DNA from: Polyangiaceae bacterium
GTDB taxonomy: Bacteria > Myxococcota_A > Polyangia > Polyangiales > Polyangiaceae
NCBI GenBank assembly: GCA_044376115.1
Contig: JBILLK010000007.1
Span: 1 to 64,000 of the forward strand
DNA: 64,000 nucleotides
Direction: 5' to 3'
Part shown: in pieces, positions 57,944 to 64,000 of the stretch
Numbering within the stretch: the stretch's first letter is position 1
How the letters are laid out: every line of letters starts with the position of its first letter
The notes under the pieces: generated by a model
Told to the model about the DNA's origin: nothing
Database searches by the model: none
What the model saw: only the letters and a program-made list of their open reading frames with translations
Translations under genes and position numbers: made by a program

Positions 57944-58933
57944 TCAAGGGCAGTCGTCGCGCAGCTTCACGCCGGCTGCGGCGAAGTCGGCTAGCAGGCG
58001 AACGGCGTCAGCGCAGTCAGCCGTAGCAGCCGAGTCAGTGGCAGCACACCAATCGCCCTTGTAGGTGATGACGCCACCGGCGTCGCGGTTGCACTTGCCG
58101 TCGGTCGAGTCCTCCGGGGCGAGCAGCGAACAAAGCGAAGCGTCGCCGAGCTGCGGCACCTTGACGGCGTCTCCGTCTTCCAGGGTAACGAAGCCTTCGA
58201 GTTTGGCGCCGGCATTGAAGGCCGGCGTGGAGGTGGAGGCCTTGCATAGGTTGTTCGGGTCGAGACCGTCGGCGTTGAAGGAACCCATGCAGTTGTTGTC
58301 CGCCGAGATCACGCCATCCTTGATCGAGACGCCGCGAAGCGGCAGCAGGATCACGCTCGCGGTGTCGGTCGGGCTCGTGTAAATCGGCACCACGACGTCC
58401 TCGGTGCCCTCGAGCGTGAAGGCGCCCGAGCCATCGATGGTCAGCGGCAATTCGAGCGGCGCCACATCGAAGCCGTCGATCGTCTCGTTGATGAAGCAGT
58501 AGCCGTTGTCTGGGTTGGTCTCGAGCACGGCGCCGCCGGTGCGGAGGATGCCGGCCGTCTTGTCGAAGGTCAGGATCCAGTTGAAGCTGCCGTCTCCGGT
58601 GAACAGCGCCAGGCTGTCTTTGGTGACGCATTGCTCGTAGTCGGGCGTGATGCCGGTGGAGAGCAAGCCCGCGACGACGGGGGAGGCGAGAGCCGCGGGA
58701 GCGCTCAGCTGCAGGTCCACGATGCGCAGCGAGAACACGTCTTTGCCGGCGTTGTCCTCGAAGGCAACGCAGTCACTCACCACCGACGGGCAACCTTCAG
58801 CAGGGGCACAAGCACCACCGGCGGGAGCACCACCGGTGTCTCCCGTTGACGAGGAACCCGAATCTCCGCAGCCGACGGCTAGGAAAGGAGCAACAACGAG
58901 CACCGAAAGTACGGACGCAGAAATTCGCAGCAT
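57944..58933 (-). CDS. Cys-rich hypothetical lipoprotein
   Basis: Lipobox AVGC; multiple paired Cys. Confidence 0.75.
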   Translation of the reverse strand: MLRISASVLSVLVVAPFLAVGCGDSGSSSTGDTGGAPAGGACAPAEGCPSVVSDCVAFEDNAGKDVFSLRIVDLQLSAPAALASPVVAGLLSTGITPDYEQCVTKDSLALFTGDGSFNWILTFDKTAGILRTGGAVLETNPDNGYCFINETIDGFDVAPLELPLTIDGSGAFTLEGTEDVVVPIYTSPTDTASVILLPLRGVSIKDGVISADNNCMGSFNADGLDPNNLCKASTSTPAFNAGAKLEGFVTLEDGDAVKVPQLGDASLCSLLAPEDSTDGKCNRDAGGVITYKGDWCAATDSAATADCADAVRLLADFAAAGVKLRDDCP

Positions 58934-58980
58934 GGTTCCCTCGCGAAGTTAGTGGTGATGGTGAAAGCGACGTTGGCGGA

Positions 58981-59931
58981 TCAGGCCGGTGAGAGCTCGA
59001 ACAGGGCGCGAATCTGAAGCACGCGCGCCTCGACACTGGCGGTGTCCAAGAGCTCCACCTTAGCAGTGCCCACGCCCTCGACGCAGCGGGATGCTGTGGC
59101 ACTGCCGTAAATCATCGCCGTTCGTGCGTGTTTTGACAGCGCCTCACGGCCAGCGGCGGTGCCGCCCTCGCCAGTGACGTGCTGCGCCAGCGCCCCAACG
59201 AAGCCGCCTGCGAAGCTGTCTCCGGCGCCGGTCGGATCCACGACGTCCTCCAGCGGGAAGCCGGGAACCGCGAAGATGCCGGTGTCGTCGAACAACATCG
59301 CGCCGTGCTCACCGCGCTTGATGATCAGCGAGTGCGGACCCATCTTGCGGATCTCGAGCGCGGCCTTGCGGATGTTGTGGATGCCCGACAGATCGCGCGC
59401 CTCTTCGTCGTTGATGATCAGCACGTCGACTCGGTTGAGCAGCGAGACGAGCTTCTCGCGCTCGCCTTTGATCCAGAAGTTCATCGTGTCGGCGATGATG
59501 ATTTGCGGGCGGCCAACCTGGTTGAGCACGTCTGCCTGCAGCGCCGGGTGGATATTACCGAGCAGCACGATCGGCGAAGAAGCAGACTCGGCCGGGATCT
59601 TCGGCGCGAAATCGGCGAACACGTTGAGCTGCGTATCCAGCGTGGTGCGCGAGGCGAGATCCGCGTCGTAACGCCCGGCCCAGCGGAAGGTCTTGCCTTT
59701 GGCGCGCTCGATGCCCTCGGTGCGAACGCCGCGCGCTGCAAGCGACTTGATCGTCGCCTCCGGGAAATCGTCACCGACGATCGCCACGACGCGCACCTCG
59801 GTGAAGGTGGATGCGGCGAAGGCGGCGTAGGTTGCAGACCCTCCGAGCGTGTCTTTGAAGTTACCGGAGGGGAGCTCGAGGTCGTCAAACGCCATCGAGC
59901 CGACGATGAGAACAGGGGCGCGAGATTTCAC
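58981..59931 (-). CDS. PfkB/ribokinase family carbohydrate kinase
   Basis: VGSMAFD, LGGSATY, INDEEA, KRGEHGA, DPTGAGDSFAGG. Confidence 0.92.
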   Translation of the reverse strand: MKSRAPVLIVGSMAFDDLELPSGNFKDTLGGSATYAAFAASTFTEVRVVAIVGDDFPEATIKSLAARGVRTEGIERAKGKTFRWAGRYDADLASRTTLDTQLNVFADFAPKIPAESASSPIVLLGNIHPALQADVLNQVGRPQIIIADTMNFWIKGEREKLVSLLNRVDVLIINDEEARDLSGIHNIRKAALEIRKMGPHSLIIKRGEHGAMLFDDTGIFAVPGFPLEDVVDPTGAGDSFAGGFVGALAQHVTGEGGTAAGREALSKHARTAMIYGSATASRCVEGVGTAKVELLDTASVEARVLQIRALFELSPA

Positions 59932-59959
59932 GGTCGTTCCTTTTGCAGAGTTACGAAAG

Positions 59960-60601
59960 TCAGCTGGACGCTTCTCGTTTTGCTTCGGAGAGCAAGCTCT
60001 CACATCGGCGGGCCCAACGCTCACGTTTGCAGCGCTCGGCCAACACGATTCCCCGCAGACGGCCATAGGCCTGATCGACGTCGTCGTTCACGATCACATA
60101 GTCGAAAAATCCGTAGTGAGCGATCTCGCCTTTGGCGGCAGCGAGCCGGCGGTTGGTGGTGGCTTCATCTTCGGTGCCGCGCCCGCGCAGCCGCCGTTCG
60201 AGCTCAGCGAGTGACGGCGGAAGCACGAACACGCCGACCGCCTCGGGGAAGTGCGCCTTGATTTGACGCGCGCCCTGGTAGTCGATGTCGAACAGCACGC
60301 CGCCGGCGCTCTCTCGGGCCAGATCGATCTCCCGCACGGTGGTGCCGTACAGGTTGCCGTGCACCTCCGCGTGCTCGGCGAAGGCGCCCGCGCGGATCAT
60401 CTTCTCGAAGCTCGGCCGGTCCACGAAGTGATACTCGCGCCCATCCACCTCGGTCGGCCGCGGGCGGCGGGTGGTGTGCGAAACGCTGAAGCGGAGGTTG
60501 GGAAACTCTCCGCGCAGCCGATTCGACAGCGTAGTTTTGCCAGCGCCGGAGGGAGAGGAAAGGATGAGCAGAAGAAAGTCGTCCACTCGCTCACTCAACA
60601 T
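59960..60601 (-). CDS. gmk: guanylate kinase
   Basis: SPSGAGKT, SHTTRRPRPTEVDGREYHF, HGNLYGT, DIDYQGA. Confidence 0.97.
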   Translation of the reverse strand: MLSERVDDFLLLILSSPSGAGKTTLSNRLRGEFPNLRFSVSHTTRRPRPTEVDGREYHFVDRPSFEKMIRAGAFAEHAEVHGNLYGTTVREIDLARESAGGVLFDIDYQGARQIKAHFPEAVGVFVLPPSLAELERRLRGRGTEDEATTNRRLAAAKGEIAHYGFFDYVIVNDDVDQAYGRLRGIVLAERCKRERWARRCESLLSEAKREASS

Positions 60602-61442
60602 TTTGCACCTGCTCCCGCAATCTTTCGAGTTCTACGCGGATCTCAACGGTTTTCTGTGAGACGGAGGCGTCCTGCGCCTTGGCCGAGAGCGTTGTGGCTT
60701 CTCTCAGGATCTCTTGCAACAGAAAGTCCAGCCTGCGACCGGACACAGGCCCCGGCCCGCTGCTGCAGATCTCGATGAAGGCCGATAGGTGCGTGCGCCC
60801 TCGCGCGAGCTCCTCACTTACGTCCGTGCGATCGACGAGCAGTGCCACCTCGAGTTCGGCGCGCGCTCGGTCGAGCTCGGGCGCGATCGTCGCAAGCCGC
60901 TCGAGGAAGCGTGCACGCAATCGCGCGGGCGCATCTTTGACGGCGCTCTCGACCGCCTCGATCAGTCGAAGCGCAGCCGCTCCTCGGTCCAAAAGCTCTT
61001 GGCGCATGGCTTCACCTTCGCGCCGCCGATCCGCCTTCAAATTCTCGAGCGCTAAAGCCACCGCCCGTTCGACCAGCGGGAGCAGATCGGCTCGTTCGCC
61101 GCGATCGATCAATACGCCGGGCGCTGCGACGATCTGCTCGAGCGTGCAACGGTCTGTAAGCCCAAGCTCCACCGCCAGTGCGTCGAGCTCCGCCTTCACC
61201 TGCCGGGCGCGCGCCTTGTCGATCAAGTCGGCTGGCTCGATCGCCGCCGATGCGCGCAACAAGACCTCGACGCGACCTCGCCCGATGGCCTTCCGAACGA
61301 GCTGCTCGCAAAGCAGCGCGTGGACCGCGAGCTGGTCCGGCGTGCGTACGCGCACGTCGAGCGAGCGTGAGTTGACCGAGCGAATCTCCGCGGTGATTCG
61401 CGATGAGGACGACTCGGCGTGACCCACGCCAAACCCCGTCAT
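60591..61442 (-). CDS. yicC: YicC/YloC family endoribonuclease
   Basis: MTGFG, EIRSVNSRSLD, DVSEEL, GRRLDFLLQE, REQVQNVE. Confidence 0.95.
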   Translation of the reverse strand: MTGFGVGHAESSSSRITAEIRSVNSRSLDVRVRTPDQLAVHALLCEQLVRKAIGRGRVEVLLRASAAIEPADLIDKARARQVKAELDALAVELGLTDRCTLEQIVAAPGVLIDRGERADLLPLVERAVALALENLKADRRREGEAMRQELLDRGAAALRLIEAVESAVKDAPARLRARFLERLATIAPELDRARAELEVALLVDRTDVSEELARGRTHLSAFIEICSSGPGPVSGRRLDFLLQEILREATTLSAKAQDASVSQKTVEIRVELERLREQVQNVE

Positions 61443-61480
61443 ACTGAAAAGAACAACCGAAGCTTCCATCGAAAGTAGGT

Positions 61481-62500
61481 TCAGGCCCAGAGCTTGGACA
61501 TCACGGCGGAGGCCGCCGAGCGCCCGTCTTTACGCAAGGTGCGCAGATATTCGATCGTTGAAGGCAGGCCGTCTTCCCAACGGACGAGCGGCGCGAAGCC
61601 GAGCAGTTCGCGAGCGCGCGTGATGTCGCCGAGCGAGTGTCGAATGTCCCCGGCTCGTGGAGGATCGTGGATCACCTCGACCGGTGTCCCTCCTTGGGTG
61701 GACTGAGCGAGCTGACGTCCCAGCTCCTCGACCAGACCCAAGAGTTCCACTCGGCGCTCTCCAGCGATGTTGACGATCTCGCCGCTTAGCTTCTTGCTGC
61801 AGTCTGCCGCGAGCAGATTGGCCGTCACCGTGTTCTTCACGAAGGAGAAATCACGGGTTTGCTTGCCATCCCCGAACAGATGGATGGCCTGCCCGTCGAG
61901 CGCTTGATTGACGAACTTCGGAATCGCTGCGGCGTAGGCGCCGTCGGGCGATTGGTTCGGCCCGAACACGTTGAAGTAGCGCAGGCTGAGCGTCTCGAGG
62001 CCGTAGATCGAAGCGAACACCTTGAGTGAAAGCTCCCCCGTGACTTTGGTGATCGCGTAGGGAGACAGCGGCATCGTCGGCATCGTCTCGCGCTTCGGTA
62101 GCTCTTCCGTCTCGCCGTAGGCCGAGCTCGAAGCCGCGAAGATCACGCGGCGAACGCCTTGGTGGCGTGCGACGTCGAGCACCGTGGTGGTGCCGACGAC
62201 ATTGACCGAGGTGCTCTCGACGGGGAGGGCCACCGACTTGGGCACGCTGCCGAGAGCGCCTTGATGAAAGCAAACCTCCACGCCCTGCATCGCCTCAGCG
62301 AGCGCGTTGGCGTCGCGGATGTCCGCGGTGATCCTCTCGATCTTCGATTGGTCGGGGATCCCGTCCAGGTTCTCCCAGAAGCCAGTCGCGAGGTTGTCCA
62401 ACGCTCGCACGCGCTCGCCTCGAGAGACGAGCGCTGCGACGAGGTTCGAGCCAATGAAGCCCGCCGCCCCAGTAACGAGGAACTTAGCCTTCGCGTTCAT
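61481..62500 (-). CDS. NAD-dependent nucleotide-sugar epimerase/dehydratase (WbpP/GalE-like)
   Basis: TGAAGFIGS, ASSSAYG, YAITK, LRYFNVFGP, GDGKQTRDF. Confidence 0.92.
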   Translation of the reverse strand: MNAKAKFLVTGAAGFIGSNLVAALVSRGERVRALDNLATGFWENLDGIPDQSKIERITADIRDANALAEAMQGVEVCFHQGALGSVPKSVALPVESTSVNVVGTTTVLDVARHQGVRRVIFAASSSAYGETEELPKRETMPTMPLSPYAITKVTGELSLKVFASIYGLETLSLRYFNVFGPNQSPDGAYAAAIPKFVNQALDGQAIHLFGDGKQTRDFSFVKNTVTANLLAADCSKKLSGEIVNIAGERRVELLGLVEELGRQLAQSTQGGTPVEVIHDPPRAGDIRHSLGDITRARELLGFAPLVRWEDGLPSTIEYLRTLRKDGRSAASAVMSKLWA

Positions 62501-62515
62501 CGGACCGCTCGCGGA

Positions 62516-63025
62516 CTAGAGACCTTTTCTTCGCTGAATCTCGGACATCACGCGCTGGTACTCGATCTCCCAGGTCTGTGAGCCTTCCTTCACGTGCTTG
62601 AGCTTGCCGCGTACCTCGGTCTCGAGCGCCTCGTCGAGATCCAGGTACTTGCGCAGCGTCGGGCGCATCGCGCGACGAAGCTCGTGGTCTTCACCGAACA
62701 CTTCATCGACGCTGCCCGAGTGCATCAGCATCTCGATGCACTGGTCGAGCAAGTAGTCGAACATCTCATCGCCGATCTTGATGCCCTTTTGGTCGGCAGC
62801 GAGTCGGCGCAGCCGGCCGAGCTCTGAGGACGGTGTGTTGCGCACCTCCATCAGGTGCTTGGCGCGGTCATTCACTTCGCGCTCGGCCTCGAGGTAGGCG
62901 TTGAAGACGCTCTCCAGGTCGCGAATGACCTCGGCCTTGCTGAGGACTTCCACGAGCTTCGAGCTGACGAGCGAAGTCACCAACTCTTCCGAGAGACTCT
63001 TTACCTTGCCGCTATATAGTCGCAT
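62516..63025 (-). CDS. DUF507 family protein
   Basis: MRLYSGKV...; duplicated E..V...A/R..L helical module; LETEVRGKLKH..EGS..WEIEY. Confidence 0.75.
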   Translation of the reverse strand: MRLYSGKVKSLSEELVTSLVSSKLVEVLSKAEVIRDLESVFNAYLEAEREVNDRAKHLMEVRNTPSSELGRLRRLAADQKGIKIGDEMFDYLLDQCIEMLMHSGSVDEVFGEDHELRRAMRPTLRKYLDLDEALETEVRGKLKHVKEGSQTWEIEYQRVMSEIQRRKGL

Positions 63026-63106
63026 GAGCCGGATTCCCTTCGCACGAAGCTCCGCCGACGTCGAAGGAAAAGACCGGCTTTCGTCGGCTGTGCGGGGCCT
63101 ATGTGG

Positions 63107-64000
63107 TCAAGGCCCTCGACGTTTGGGCGCCACACTCTTGGTCCGCGGTGGGTCACTCAATCGTGGAGCTGGGCTCACTGCGGGAGGGGGTGCGGGTGTC
63201 GAGTCGACGACCGAGTTCGCGAAGTCAAGTCCGCTGCCACCCGGGCTCTTGAGCGGCCTCACGCCAATCTTGAGACGCCGTTTGACAGCTTGCTTCTGAC
63301 GCTCCTTGTACTTCTCGTGACTCGCGTTGCCGGTCTCGTTGTTCTGTTCCGTCGCTTGGTCGACGATTTGGAACTCACACAACACGAACACCACCGGGCC
63401 GAGCGCCCAAGCTGACGGAGGGGCGAGCTCCATCGTCGCTTCGGGCAGTCGAATGGGAAGGTCCACGACGAAGTGGATGACCTTGTAGCTCTGGTCGCTG
63501 AATTGGTTGTCGCTCGGGGTGAACGCGTCATCGACTCCGGTTTGGAAGTCTTTGATCATCGAGCGCAGGTGAGGGTGGTCTTGGCAGTAGCTCTTGAAGT
63601 GAAAGAGCGTGTTGATGCTCTCTCCGGCGAGCACCAATGAAAACGGGAAGAGGTGCTGCGTGAGATGGAACAGCACCGGCAGAATGTCGTCCTTCTTGCG
63701 CGTGACGATGCGGAAGCGGACCTTGTCGTAGATCTGCGACGCTGAAGCGTCCGACTTCGACATCAGCTTGGTGTAGAGCGAGTCCTTGTTCTTGCGCCCA
63801 CCGACGAACTCAACGATCGGCATCCCGGCCGAGAGCATCTCGCCGACCACGCGGTAGACCTTCTCCTCAACGAGGTGGAACACGTCCTGGTCGGACATCG
63901 GTAAACAGAAGAGCAGCTCACGTCCGTCCAGGTGATGGATGATGTGCATCGCCTTGAGGATGGCGCAGGCGCACGTCTGGCGATGGCCCTTGGCCGACGC
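63107..64000 (-). CDS. TIGR04552-like protein (RelA/SpoT-type nucleotidyltransferase fold), 5'-truncated by window edge
   Basis: CAILKAMHIIHHLDGRELLF, RKNKDSLYTKL, YDKVRFRIV, YKVIHF, EFQIVD, SHEKYK; frame is open to the window end. Confidence 0.78.
   Translation of the reverse strand, partial: ASAKGHRQTCACAILKAMHIIHHLDGRELLFCLPMSDQDVFHLVEEKVYRVVGEMLSAGMPIVEFVGGRKNKDSLYTKLMSKSDASASQIYDKVRFRIVTRKKDDILPVLFHLTQHLFPFSLVLAGESINTLFHFKSYCQDHPHLRSMIKDFQTGVDDAFTPSDNQFSDQSYKVIHFVVDLPIRLPEATMELAPPSAWALGPVVFVLCEFQIVDQATEQNNETGNASHEKYKERQKQAVKRRLKIGVRPLKSPGGSGLDFANSVVDSTPAPPPAVSPAPRLSDPPRTKSVAPKRRGP

Overview
GC-rich bacterial chromosomal segment, most likely from a myxobacterium (Myxococcota, Polyangiales-like). 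This is inferred from many Cys/Gly-rich lipoproteins, ETDVDCGG repeats, a MYXO-CTERM-like motif and a TIGR04552-like gene. Housekeeping genes include a DeaD-type helicase, an L,D-transpeptidase, TolC, and a right-hand operon (TIGR04552-like, DUF507, epimerase, yicC, gmk, pfkB). Four accessory blocks stand out. (1) 6.6-17.1 kb: a flavin monooxygenase, a cyclase-AAA-TPR protein, two paralogues of an uncharacterised domain flanking a methyltransferase, and an esterase. (2) 35.6-43.6 kb: a YehL/YehM/YehP-like MoxR-DUF5682-vWA operon headed by two back-to-back paralogous SWIM-like zinc-finger genes, one carrying tandem BRCT domains, both with a near-identical C-terminal tail. (3) 43.6-50.9 kb: a decaying variable island with an unexplained symmetric 354-bp element (eight 17-bp palindromes at 41-42 bp period between inverted termini, no cas genes), a degenerate attC-like hairpin, orphan immunity-like genes and REP-like hairpins. 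(4) 51.0-55.2 kb: a ~1390-aa protein with LBP/BPI-like motifs, an internal MYXO-CTERM-like signal and a second lipoprotein signal, which may be a polyprotein. No rRNA, tRNA, cas, integrase or transposase genes were recognised. Family assignments come from motif recognition by eye, not database searches, and many start codons are my choice among alternatives.
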